Source: an uncultured Bacilli bacterium
GTDB lineage: Bacteria > Bacillota_I > Bacilli_A > RF39 > UBA660
Direction: 5' to 3'
Assembly (NCBI GenBank): GCA_947598325.1
Contig: CANQFD010000002.1
Span: forward strand, 26,765-90,764
Length of the DNA: 64,000 nt
The notes under the pieces are model-generated. The model saw only the letters and a list, made by a program, of their open reading frames with translations, searched no databases and was not told where the DNA came from. The translations under genes and the position numbers were made by a program. Shown piece by piece: positions 42,285-52,405 of the stretch (position 1 is the stretch's first letter; every line of letters starts with the position of its first letter).

Positions 42285-43496
42285 TTATTTATACATAACA
42301 TCAATATCTACTTTACCATCTATACCATCAATTTTTCCATCACTACACATTTGCCAAATTAAATATTTTCCATGGTAATCTGTCTTATCAGTATAATGAG
42401 CTAACCATATATCATGTTTAGTAGGTAACCATATTTTTTCTAAATAATTCTTACTTCCATAAAGCATTCCTTTATATCCTGCCTTTTCAACTGTTTTAAT
42501 AAAATCTTCAGCCATAGTCGTTAATCTAAAAAAACTTAAATGATAAGAATTATAATCTGAAAAATCCTCCCAGTCAAATGCAATAGGTAAAGTTACATCA
42601 TAATCCTTTATATGTTTAATTACCCACTTTGCTTCATTAATAGCTTGCTTACTATTTGATGCATAAGAGAAAAAATATATTCCAACATCAATTCCTAGTT
42701 TATTTGCATTTTCTATATTTTGCTTAAACTTACTATCTAAGAAATATTCTTTATTAGTGCCTTTCGCACCACCTACTCTAATTATTACAAACTCAGCACC
42801 TGCTTTTTTAATTTTTTCAAAATCTACATCACCCTGCCAATTAGAAATATCAATCCCAATTTTCGTATCTTTTGTTTTATAATCTTTTACTACATCATTA
42901 AAGTATGTATATGATGAATCAGAATAATTATTCTCCCCTTTTTTTGGTTCATATACATTTAAAGAAAAATTTTTTTGAGTAATGTTATTACTATTATCTA
43001 TTGCTTTAAATAATAACGGATAAGTTCCAACATTATTAAGATCATAATTCCCAATTATTTCACACTTAGGTTTGTTATCATAATTATCTCCACAAAGTAT
43101 ATCAGAAAGAAGAGTATCTTCACTACCTTTTTTAATAAAATAGTCATCATTAAGCCAAACTACAGGAGGTTTAGTATCTATAACTTTTACTTTATAACTA
43201 TAATCTAATTTTATATTATCATCATTTATAAATTTAAATTTAACATTTTTTTCACCCAACTTATCAGAACTTATTATATAATCATTTACTATTTTTCCAT
43301 TTATACTTTTAATATAATCTGATACTCTTTTATTCTCATTAAATTCTAATGTCATATCAGATACTAAAGTTACTTCTACTTTCGCATATTTAACCCTTAA
43401 ATACATTATAAGTTTAAATAAAGAAAAACAAAGAAATAAAATTACTAATATTACTAAAATAATCTTTATTATTTTATTTTTTCTTTCCATAATCAT
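42285..43496 (-). CDS. Membrane-anchored GH25 muramidase (lysozyme) with an Ig-like domain
   Basis: TM anchor. Ig-like segment (DTKPPVVWLN...GTYPLLFKAIDNSNN). GH25 core GIDISNWQGDVDFEKIKKAGAEFVIIRVG...DIWLAHY. Confidence 0.8.
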   Translation of the reverse strand: MIMERKNKIIKIILVILVILFLCFSLFKLIMYLRVKYAKVEVTLVSDMTLEFNENKRVSDYIKSINGKIVNDYIISSDKLGEKNVKFKFINDDNIKLDYSYKVKVIDTKPPVVWLNDDYFIKKGSEDTLLSDILCGDNYDNKPKCEIIGNYDLNNVGTYPLLFKAIDNSNNITQKNFSLNVYEPKKGENNYSDSSYTYFNDVVKDYKTKDTKIGIDISNWQGDVDFEKIKKAGAEFVIIRVGGAKGTNKEYFLDSKFKQNIENANKLGIDVGIYFFSYASNSKQAINEAKWVIKHIKDYDVTLPIAFDWEDFSDYNSYHLSFFRLTTMAEDFIKTVEKAGYKGMLYGSKNYLEKIWLPTKHDIWLAHYTDKTDYHGKYLIWQMCSDGKIDGIDGKVDIDVMYK

Positions 43497-43901
43497 TCTC
43501 CTTGTTATTTTTTAATTATTTTATACTAAACTAAGAAAATAATGTATTATTTTCTATTATACAATAGTTTTAAAATATATTTTTATTATACATTTCTTTT
43601 GTTATTTTTGAAAGTGATTTCATTTTTATATTAAAAAAATTTAAACTTGGCTTTTTATCTCTTGGAAAAATATATATAGGTAACTTCCCAGCATACATAG
43701 TTTTTATTTTTTTAATATATTTATATAATACATTTTGTGTCCCAATAGAGTATATTCTCATAATATAATGTCATCTATACTTTTATCAATTAAAAGTGTA
43801 TTTATGCCTTATATTACAGATAGTTTTACTACTTTTAATACTAAAAGAAATAATAAAAAATGCCTTGAAATCGTTTAAAATCAAGACATTTATTATAAAT
43901 C

Positions 43902-43978
43902 TGGTGTCCTCGGAGAGATTCGAACTCTCGACACCCGCCTTAGGAGGGCGGTGCTCTATCCTACTGAGCTACGAAGAC
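43902..43978 (-). tRNA. tRNA-Arg (anticodon CCU)
   Basis: Reverse complement GTCTTCGTAGCTCAGTAGGATAGAGCACCGCCCTCCTAAGGCGGGTGTCGAGAGTTCGAATCTCTCCGAGGACACCA. Cloverleaf with anticodon loop CTCCTAA. CCA is encoded. Confidence 0.9.
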
Positions 43979-43996
43979 ATTAAGCTTATTAAATTA

Positions 43997-44494
43997 TTAT
44001 AATCTAATAAGCAAAAAAAGTAAAATCGCTTTTGTTTTTATTTTCATATTTAATTCTATAAAACTGACTATTTTATCAACAATGGATACGATATAACTCT
44101 CTTTATAAATAGGTAGTTTTATATTTAAAGGAAACATATGCTTTTCCACTATATCCCTTTCTTTATTGTTTAAACCAAAGAATTTTTCTGCATTTTTTGA
44201 TGCTTTTTTACTATGTGTAAATGTTGATATTATTCCATCTTTGGTAATACCCCCATTTTCATTATAGAAAAAATCATGTACTAAACCACCTCTAGCAGCA
44301 CTCTCAAAATCCCATTTCAATTTTTTTGATACAATGTATGAAAAATAAGATACTCTAAGTGAATGATTAAGTCTTGAAGTCCCATGATGAGTGCATTCAC
44401 CTATCTTTTTAAATTCATCATTGCACAATATATGATTAACAATAGAATAATACTCTTTATCCGTTAATATCTCTTTTTGTATATTTTTAAACAT
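43997..44494 (-). CDS. HD-domain protein
   Basis: CTHHGTSRLNHSLRVSYFSY...GGLVHDFF (H...HD pattern). Start at the ATG at 44494, 5 nt after AAGGTGG. Confidence 0.7.
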   Translation of the reverse strand: MFKNIQKEILTDKEYYSIVNHILCNDEFKKIGECTHHGTSRLNHSLRVSYFSYIVSKKLKWDFESAARGGLVHDFFYNENGGITKDGIISTFTHSKKASKNAEKFFGLNNKERDIVEKHMFPLNIKLPIYKESYIVSIVDKIVSFIELNMKIKTKAILLFLLIRL

Positions 44495-45800
44495 TTTTAC
44501 CACCTTGTTTTTTTATTGATTTAAACATCTTTTTCCAAATGTTTGAATTTGAATAATTTAATATTCCTTCTTTATAAATTTTAATACCATATTTCAATAA
44601 TATGTATATTATTACAACCATTATTAATATTGATAAAATTATATCTTTATAACCAATTACTCCCGTAAGAAGTAAAGATGGGGATAAAATCGCAGATATA
44701 AATGGAATATATGATAATATTCTTATAAATATTGATCCTTCAAACATTGAACTCATCAGTGACAAATAAAATCCTACTAATAATATTATCATAATTGGAG
44801 TTTGAATTTGTTGAAAATCTTCCATATTCGTAGTCATAGATGCGAGTAATCCCGCTAATATTGAATAACCAAGTATTGTTATAATCATAAGTAATAAAAC
44901 AAAAGGTACTGCTGGAAGTACTTTATCCATAATTGATAATTTTTTTAATTCAGGAAGTACATCACTTATAAAATTAATATTATTTATAAATTTATTCCCG
45001 CTTCTAATTAAAAATCCAACAAATGCATACATAAATAATAATAAGGTTTGTATTAATATAAATAAATTAGATGATAAAATCTTTGAGAAAAAGTGAGTTT
45101 TAACAGAAACATTTGATATTATAATTTCCATACTTCTAGTTGATTTCTCCTCATTTATCTCTGCTCCTATCATTTGAATAACAAGAATAGTTAATAGGAA
45201 AAATGGAAGTATTATTATTGGAACAATAATTCCCATAATAGTATTTGTATCCTCATCATTTTTATTTTTATCTTTATCCATATAAACTCTTTCAATATTA
45301 ACGGTTTGACTAATTTTTTGTAGATCATCACTACTTATATTTAATTCATTAATTGCTAAAAATTGTTTACTTGAATTTATTGAACTTTGTAATAATTGAT
45401 ATAAATTTGAATTTATATATCCATATGTTACTAATTTTGCATCTATAACATTTTCATCACTTTTATTTATTATTATTCCAATATCTTCTTCACTTTTTAT
45501 TTCTTTTTTAAGTAAATTTTCGTTATTTACTTTAGACATTTTATAATTTAAATTAGTTTTCAATATACTTTCAGTATTTTTAATATAATTAGTTAATATA
45601 TCATATGTTTGACCTGTATTATCAACAATCATTATATTTTTTTCATTACTAAAATCCCCACCAAAAAAGCTGACTATTCTATCTATATTTACAAGTGAAA
45701 TTAAAATAAGTGATAAAAAAATATTAACAATAATAAATGTTTTGTTTTTTATTTTCTTAAGTAAACTTGTCTTTGTTAGAAATATAAATTTATTTTTCAT
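44487..45800 (-). CDS. ABC-2-type transporter permease
   Basis: N-terminal TM, a large extracytoplasmic loop and a C-terminal 5-TM bundle. Sits immediately downstream of the ATPase. Confidence 0.75.
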   Translation of the reverse strand: MKNKFIFLTKTSLLKKIKNKTFIIVNIFLSLILISLVNIDRIVSFFGGDFSNEKNIMIVDNTGQTYDILTNYIKNTESILKTNLNYKMSKVNNENLLKKEIKSEEDIGIIINKSDENVIDAKLVTYGYINSNLYQLLQSSINSSKQFLAINELNISSDDLQKISQTVNIERVYMDKDKNKNDEDTNTIMGIIVPIIILPFFLLTILVIQMIGAEINEEKSTRSMEIIISNVSVKTHFFSKILSSNLFILIQTLLLFMYAFVGFLIRSGNKFINNINFISDVLPELKKLSIMDKVLPAVPFVLLLMIITILGYSILAGLLASMTTNMEDFQQIQTPIMIILLVGFYLSLMSSMFEGSIFIRILSYIPFISAILSPSLLLTGVIGYKDIILSILIMVVIIYILLKYGIKIYKEGILNYSNSNIWKKMFKSIKKQGGKNV

Positions 45801-45802
45801 CC

Positions 45803-46690
45803 TTAAGCACCTACTTCTCTTGTAAATATTTCGTGTAATGATAACTCTACCACTTCAAATTTAGTAACATTTTTGCAATTTGAAACATACTTAAATATAT
45901 CTTTAACATACTTTTTATCAGCTACTTTAACTTCAAGTTCATCACCTTTTATAATAACACCTTTAACTCCCGGTATTTTACTTAATTCCGCCTTTGTTAC
46001 ATCAGCTTTTATTAATATATTTCTATCATCATATCTTTGTTTTATTTCTTTTAAATCACCTGATATTATTGTTTTACCTTTATTTAAAATAAGTAATTTT
46101 TCACAAAATAATTCTACGTGATTCATTTGATGTGATGAAAAAATAATCATTGTACCTTTTTCTTTTAACTCATTTATAACATCTATAAATAAATCTACAT
46201 TTATTGGATCAAGACCACTAAATGGCTCATCTAGTATTAAAAGTTTAGGATTATGTATTATTGCTGAAATAAATTGAATTTTTTGTTTATTTCCTTTTGA
46301 TAATTCCTTAATCTTTTTGTTTTCATATTCTTCTATATTAAATCTTTTAAGCCATTTTTTTAATTCTATTATTATATCTTCTTCTTTCATACCTTTTAAT
46401 GTAGCATAATATATCATTAATTCTTTAACAGTAAGTTTAAGTAATAAACTTCTCTCTTCAGTCAAAAAACCAATCTCATCTGTTATATTATAATCTATTT
46501 TCTTATCATTTAAAGTAATAGTTCCAGAACTTGGTTCTATTAAATTCATAATCATTCTAAATGTTGTAGTTTTACCTGCACCATTCGCACCTAATAAACC
46601 AAAAATTTCTCCTTCTCTAACACAAAAGGACAAATTATCAACAGCTTTATAATCATTATAAAATTTTGTAACACCTTCTAATTTTAGCAT
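45803..46690 (-). CDS. ABC transporter ATP-binding protein
   Basis: Walker A GANGAGKTT, signature LSKGNKQK, Walker B LLILDEP. Start at the ATG at 46690, 7 nt after GGAG. Confidence 0.9.
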   Translation of the reverse strand: MLKLEGVTKFYNDYKAVDNLSFCVREGEIFGLLGANGAGKTTTFRMIMNLIEPSSGTITLNDKKIDYNITDEIGFLTEERSLLLKLTVKELMIYYATLKGMKEEDIIIELKKWLKRFNIEEYENKKIKELSKGNKQKIQFISAIIHNPKLLILDEPFSGLDPINVDLFIDVINELKEKGTMIIFSSHQMNHVELFCEKLLILNKGKTIISGDLKEIKQRYDDRNILIKADVTKAELSKIPGVKGVIIKGDELEVKVADKKYVKDIFKYVSNCKNVTKFEVVELSLHEIFTREVGA

Positions 46691-46694
46691 TTTT

Positions 46695-47981
46695 TTACTC
46701 CTTATTTTCATATGGTTTCATTATAGTTATACTCTTGTTTTTGTTATTAAACAAATCTATTACACTAATAAATTCTTCATAATTTAAATTATTAATATCA
46801 CTATATGACTCCTTTGTTATTTTTCCATAACTATAATATTCATTGTACATAAAATTCATTATTGAGTCAATAGAAGTAAATCCGTATAAAACACTAGAAA
46901 TAAATGAATTTTTAATTAATTCAAACTCTTTTTTATCATATGTTATATTATTTATTTTATCGTCAATCAATTTTATTATTTCATTTGGATAATCAGTAGA
47001 TACACATATACTTAAAACCATGTAATTAAAATATTGTGAACAATCAACATCAAAATCTCCATCAATTTTATTTTCTTCTTTTAATTTCAAATTAAATGGA
47101 GAAATACTTCCAAAATTCATTAATAATAATATATATAAATATAATCTATATTTTCTACTAGATATATTAATATAGTCAATTTTTAATTTTATACAATATG
47201 ATAATTCAGGCTTTGTTATATTATCATAGTACTCATCATATTCTTTATTAACATTACAAGGCTCATCATATTTTTTAACATTAATATTATTTATTTTATC
47301 AAACTTTTTGTTTTTTTGATTTTCTATAACTGAATCTAATATTTTATTTTCATCCTCACTTGATATTATAATTAGACACATATTTGATGGATTATAAAAC
47401 GTATTATAACATAAATATAAGTCCTCTTTCGTTATGGAATCTATATCACTATTATCACCTAATACAGATCTCCCATATGGAATATTAACAAACAAATTTG
47501 ACAAAACTCTTATATAAAACATTTTATATGGATTATCTTTTGTCATTAATAATTCTTGTTTAATTATCCCTTTTTCCTTTTCTACATTTTCTAATGTAAA
47601 ATATGGACTTTGAACATAATCTATAAGAAAATTTAAATTCTCATAAAAATTATTTGTTCCTTCAACTAAATAAGTAGTATTTAAATAGTTTGTAAATGCA
47701 TTACAAATACTCCCATAAGAAGAAAACCTCTCCATTACATTTACACCATCTTCTTGTTCAAATAATTTATGTTCAAGAAAATGTGCTATCCCAGCGGGAA
47801 ATTTTTTTACTTTTTTCTCATTAATTGGAACAAAACTATCAATAAGCGCACCGAACTTAGTTATAAAATATGCCATGTAAGTATTGAATTTTTCCTTTTT
47901 TAAGATATATACTTCTAGACCATTATCCAATTTATGATAATAAACTTCTTCATTTAAACCTTCTAAATTAATCTTCTGCAT
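46695..47981 (-). CDS. M16-family zinc peptidase (YmfH-like, active-site copy)
   Basis: Inverted zinc motif HFLEHKLFE. Start at the ATG at 47981, 9 nt after GGAG. Paired with an upstream M16 paralogue, as in Bacillus ymfF-ymfH. Confidence 0.8.
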   Translation of the reverse strand: MQKINLEGLNEEVYYHKLDNGLEVYILKKEKFNTYMAYFITKFGALIDSFVPINEKKVKKFPAGIAHFLEHKLFEQEDGVNVMERFSSYGSICNAFTNYLNTTYLVEGTNNFYENLNFLIDYVQSPYFTLENVEKEKGIIKQELLMTKDNPYKMFYIRVLSNLFVNIPYGRSVLGDNSDIDSITKEDLYLCYNTFYNPSNMCLIIISSEDENKILDSVIENQKNKKFDKINNINVKKYDEPCNVNKEYDEYYDNITKPELSYCIKLKIDYINISSRKYRLYLYILLLMNFGSISPFNLKLKEENKIDGDFDVDCSQYFNYMVLSICVSTDYPNEIIKLIDDKINNITYDKKEFELIKNSFISSVLYGFTSIDSIMNFMYNEYYSYGKITKESYSDINNLNYEEFISVIDLFNNKNKSITIMKPYENKE

Positions 47982-49236
47982 TTTCTTTGTCTCCTTCAAG
48001 TAAATATATAATACTTAATTCTAATTTTTTTGATAATTCTACTACCTCTTCTATAGACACAGTCTCTAATTCTTTTTCCCTTGTTACTAAATTATCTGAA
48101 TCAAATAAAATACTTGATATAAAGGCATACAATATTGATATATTACTATCATAAAATCTTTTAATTAAACAGCCTCTAGACATTATGGCATTGTTAAATG
48201 ATTCTTTTGTTATGTTTCCTTTTTGTATTTGTTCTAACTCATATTTTACTGAATTTATAACATCATCTGAACTTTTTTTACTAATTCCCGCTAAAACTAT
48301 ATCAATACTCTCATCTGGATACGAAATAGACCTAATATCATATGCCAATGATTTTTCTTCCCTTACATTCATAAATAATCTTGAATTATTACCAACTCCA
48401 AAAATCCTATTAAAAATAGGAAGAATAACATTTCTTTCTCTTCTATTTATATCTATCATTTTATATAACATAACTAATTTTGTTTGATTATTTTCCTCTT
48501 TATCTATTTTGGTTTTTACATCTTTAGAAGTTAAAAAATTATTAACCCTGTAAGGATTTTCATTTTTCTTTAAAACAGGATCAAGATTTTCAGTTATTTT
48601 TTTAGTCATATCATCATCGTTAAAATCTCCTATTGCAAAAACACTTGCTGATGAATTTAAAAATAATTCCTTATAATATTCATACATATTACTCTCATTA
48701 AGTTTATCAAGTTCCTCTTTATATCCATTTACATTATATGTCAAATATTTTTCATCCAGTAATTCAAAAGCTTTATTTATAGAATATGTATTTTTATCTT
48801 CTTTTTGTCTATCATAAAAACTATATAAATTATCTTTTGCAATTTTAAAATTAACTGATTCAAATTTTCCATTATCAACATTAGGATTTAATATCATATC
48901 AAAAAAATAATTTACTATTTGATTATTCATCCCACTTTTTGTATACTTTTCATCTATGAATTCTATATTAAAATTTGTTACCATAACATTATTTAATATT
49001 TCACTAGTAATTTTAAAAGTTGAATTATATAACTCATATTCTTTTTTTATTACTTCAACTTCACTTTTCAAATTTTTATTTGATCTTGTAATTAAATTTC
49101 TTAAAAGTGCATTTTTTGTAAGAGTTAATTTATCAAATTCAGTTATAAGAACTAAAGATAATATATTACTTTTAAATTTATTTGTTTTAATAAAATGCAC
49201 ATCATAATTTTCAAATTTATGTGTTATATTTTTCAT
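47968..49236 (-). CDS. M16-family peptidase-like protein (YmfF-like, no HxxEH motif seen)
   Basis: Length and C-terminal M16 domain features. No HxxEH motif is visible. Overlaps the next gene. Confidence 0.7.
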   Translation of the reverse strand: MKNITHKFENYDVHFIKTNKFKSNILSLVLITEFDKLTLTKNALLRNLITRSNKNLKSEVEVIKKEYELYNSTFKITSEILNNVMVTNFNIEFIDEKYTKSGMNNQIVNYFFDMILNPNVDNGKFESVNFKIAKDNLYSFYDRQKEDKNTYSINKAFELLDEKYLTYNVNGYKEELDKLNESNMYEYYKELFLNSSASVFAIGDFNDDDMTKKITENLDPVLKKNENPYRVNNFLTSKDVKTKIDKEENNQTKLVMLYKMIDINRRERNVILPIFNRIFGVGNNSRLFMNVREEKSLAYDIRSISYPDESIDIVLAGISKKSSDDVINSVKYELEQIQKGNITKESFNNAIMSRGCLIKRFYDSNISILYAFISSILFDSDNLVTREKELETVSIEEVVELSKKLELSIIYLLEGDKENAED

Positions 49237-49273
49237 AATTATCTCCTTCTTATATATTATTCGTAAAATACAA

Positions 49274-49990
49274 TTATATTATGCTCTCTAATGCTAGTAT
49301 TGTCATTTGATCTATTGAATTTTGTCTTTCCTCAGCACTTAATTCTTGTTTTTTATAATGTGAATCAACAACAGTTAAAAGACATGCAGCCTCTTTATTT
49401 AATACTTTTGCTGTATAAAAAAGTGCAAAAGATTCCATTTCAGCAGCTATTATATTTAAATCTTTTGGAAGTCTTTCCAAAAATTTATTTAAATCAGTCA
49501 TATACCAATCAAAACAATCTGTTGAACATACATTCCCCTTCACTATGTTTATTCTCTCTTTTTTTGAAATTTCCTCTATCTTCTTATTTAATTTTTCTGA
49601 TCCTGCTACTAAATTAACTTTTTCATTATTAAATGTATAAGAAAAATTACTCTCTGTATAACTGTTTTGAACAAGAATAATATCAAGTAAATTAATATTA
49701 TCTACATATGTACCACAAGATCCTAATCTTATTATCTTATCTACATCATAAAATTTATATAATTCATAAGAATATATTCCCATACTAGGAATTCCCATAC
49801 CATGTGCCATAATAGTTACTTCTTTTCCTTTATAAGTTCCTGTATATGCATATATATTCCTTATCTCATTTACTAATTTTGCATTATTTAAATATTTTTC
49901 TGCAATTGCTTTAACTCTAAGTGGATCACCTGACATTATTACTGTCTTTGCAATATCCCCTTTATTTGCAGAATTATGTGCAGTTGCCAT
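49274..49990 (-). CDS. deoD: Purine nucleoside phosphorylase, DeoD type
   Basis: MATAHNSANKGDIAKTVIMSGDPLRVKAIAEKYL... and GMGIPS, AAEMES motifs. Confidence 0.9.
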   Translation of the reverse strand: MATAHNSANKGDIAKTVIMSGDPLRVKAIAEKYLNNAKLVNEIRNIYAYTGTYKGKEVTIMAHGMGIPSMGIYSYELYKFYDVDKIIRLGSCGTYVDNINLLDIILVQNSYTESNFSYTFNNEKVNLVAGSEKLNKKIEEISKKERINIVKGNVCSTDCFDWYMTDLNKFLERLPKDLNIIAAEMESFALFYTAKVLNKEAACLLTVVDSHYKKQELSAEERQNSIDQMTILALESII

Positions 49991-50116
49991 AATATCACCA
50001 TCCTATCATAATATAATTATATCATAAAAAAAATAAATCTAACTAGATTTACTTTTTTTGTATTTATATTCTAAAGATTTTTTAGATTATTCCCTTTATT
50101 TTAACTACTCAATTAT

Positions 50117-52342
50117 TTATTCTTCTTCACTTTCATCAAGTGCTACTAATACTTCTCTTGGTTTAGAACCATTTTGAGGGCCTATTATACCTCTTTCTTC
50201 AAGCAAATCAATTAATCTTGCAGCCCTATTATAACCTAGTTTAAATCTCCTTTGAAGAAGTGATGTACTTGCCTTTCCTGATGTTATTACAAATTCAACA
50301 ACATCATTATAAAGTGGATCATCATTATCTACATCATCTTTATCAAGGCTTTGTTTAGCTGGTTCTGAATCAAGTTTCATAAAATTCTCATCATAAGTTG
50401 CTTTTTGTTGATCTATTACAAAATCAACTATCTTAATAACTTCTTCTTCAGATATAAATGCACCTTGAATTCTTGTTAAGGTAGATGACCCCATTGGATA
50501 ATAAAGCATATCTCCTTTTCCAAGAAGTTTTTCTGCACCTGGATGATCTAAAATAGTTCTTGAATCAATCTGTGATGATACAGAAAAGGCAATTCTAGAT
50601 GGAATATTTGCTTTTATTACACCTGTTATTACATCTGTTGAAGGTCTTTGAGTTGCAACTATTAAATGTATACCTGCTGCTCTTGCCATTTGAGTTATAC
50701 GCATTATAGAATCTTCTACTTCTTTTCTTGCTACTACCATTAAATCTGCAAGTTCATCAATTATAACAACCATATATGGTAATAATGGAGTTTTAGATTC
50801 CTCAGGTAACTTACTATTTTTATTAGACAAATAGTTATTATATCCCTCTATATTCTTTGTTTTACTATTTTCAAACAAATCATAACGTCTTAACATTTCA
50901 TCTACTACCTTTTGAAGAGCAGCTGCTGCTTTTTTAGGATCAGTTATAACTGGCATTAATAAATGAGGAATACAGTTATACATACTAAGTTCTACCTTTT
51001 TTGGATCAACCATTATCATTTTAACTTCATCTGGTTTTGCTTTCATTAAAATTGAAGATATTATACAATTAACACAAACTGACTTACCTGAACCAGTTGC
51101 TCCTGCGATTAGTAAATGTGGTGTTTTATTTACTTCCATATATTTTGCATTACCCATTATGTCTTTTCCAAGTACAACAGTAAGTTTATTATCTATCTTA
51201 TCATTTGGAAAAAGAGCAATCATTTCTTTAAAGGATACACCAACATTAACCTTGTTTGGAATTTCAACACCAACTGTATTTTTACCTGGAATTGGTGCTT
51301 GTATTCTTACATCTGTTGCCGCTAATGCTAGAGCAATTTCACTACTCAAACCCTTAACTTTACTCATTTTTGTACCTGATTTAACTTCAAGTTCATACTG
51401 AGTAATTGATGGTCCTACATGAACTTCTCTAACCTTTGATAAAACATCAAAATCTGCAAGTACACCTTCAAGTCTTTTAATATTATCTTTTATTATTGTT
51501 TCATTTTCTTTTATATTCTTTTTCTTAGGAGTATTTAATAAATTTATACTTGGAAGTTTATAATTTAAATACTTATTACTAGCACTCTTACTAGAAGTTT
51601 TCTCTTGTTCAACATCATTACTTTCTTCTTCAGTATTATTCTCATCAGTATTTATGTGAGTTAATTCATTAATAGATGATATTTTTACCTTCTTATCTGC
51701 TTTCAAATTACCCTCTTCTAGATTTATCTCATCCTCATCAAAATTCTCATCATCTTCTTCATCTGAATCATCACTTACTCCTTTGAATTTATCAATAATC
51801 CAAAGTATACCATTTCCAATAGATATATTTGCAAATAATACAACACCAACAATCATTAATACACTAATTACAATTACACTACCCATTTTACCAAGTAATA
51901 AATATAAAATAGATATTAAAAATGCACCTAAAATTCCTCCTCCTGGGAAATTTACCTCAGTATTGATACATCTTACAAACTCATCTATTGTGTCCTTCAT
52001 CGTTTGAAAAAAGTTTGGTTTTTCACCTAAATAATTTAAATGTGCTAAAGCAAGTAAGCCAACAAGAAACACATATAAACCTATTAATCTTGTACTAAAA
52101 TATTTTGGACTTTTTCTCTTAACTAACATATAAGAACCAGTTAAAAATATTAACACTAAAACAATAAAATCAAAAGAGCCCATTAAAAACATAGAAAATC
52201 CCTTGAATATAGTACCTAAAATATTAGCTTTATATCCAAGTACTCCAATGACTGATATAACAATTAAAATAATTCCTTTTATTTCTATAGGATATTTAAA
52301 ACTAGAATTCTTATTATCCTTCTTTTGTTTCTTTTTAGCCAC
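50117..52342 (-). CDS. ftsK: DNA translocase FtsK/SpoIIIE
   Basis: N-terminal TM helices, acidic linker, motor domain with HLLIAGATGSGKSV, and a C-terminal gamma winged-helix (LQRRFKLGYNRAARLIDLLEERGIIGP). Confidence 0.95.
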   Translation of the reverse strand: MAKKKQKKDNKNSSFKYPIEIKGIILIVISVIGVLGYKANILGTIFKGFSMFLMGSFDFIVLVLIFLTGSYMLVKRKSPKYFSTRLIGLYVFLVGLLALAHLNYLGEKPNFFQTMKDTIDEFVRCINTEVNFPGGGILGAFLISILYLLLGKMGSVIVISVLMIVGVVLFANISIGNGILWIIDKFKGVSDDSDEEDDENFDEDEINLEEGNLKADKKVKISSINELTHINTDENNTEEESNDVEQEKTSSKSASNKYLNYKLPSINLLNTPKKKNIKENETIIKDNIKRLEGVLADFDVLSKVREVHVGPSITQYELEVKSGTKMSKVKGLSSEIALALAATDVRIQAPIPGKNTVGVEIPNKVNVGVSFKEMIALFPNDKIDNKLTVVLGKDIMGNAKYMEVNKTPHLLIAGATGSGKSVCVNCIISSILMKAKPDEVKMIMVDPKKVELSMYNCIPHLLMPVITDPKKAAAALQKVVDEMLRRYDLFENSKTKNIEGYNNYLSNKNSKLPEESKTPLLPYMVVIIDELADLMVVARKEVEDSIMRITQMARAAGIHLIVATQRPSTDVITGVIKANIPSRIAFSVSSQIDSRTILDHPGAEKLLGKGDMLYYPMGSSTLTRIQGAFISEEEVIKIVDFVIDQQKATYDENFMKLDSEPAKQSLDKDDVDNDDPLYNDVVEFVITSGKASTSLLQRRFKLGYNRAARLIDLLEERGIIGPQNGSKPREVLVALDESEEE

Positions 52343-52405
52343 TTAAACACACCTCTACTATTCACTTATAATTATACCATAGATATTAATTATTTAAATA
52401 TTTTA

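Noticed and set aside
43570-44002. ORFs 43570-43761 (-) and 43796-44002 (+)
   Set aside because: The plus-strand ORF runs antisense across tRNA-Arg and into the HD gene. The minus-strand ORF has no RBS or recognisable motif and sits in a promoter/terminator-rich spacer. I could not exclude that 43570-43761 is a real small gene or a remnant.
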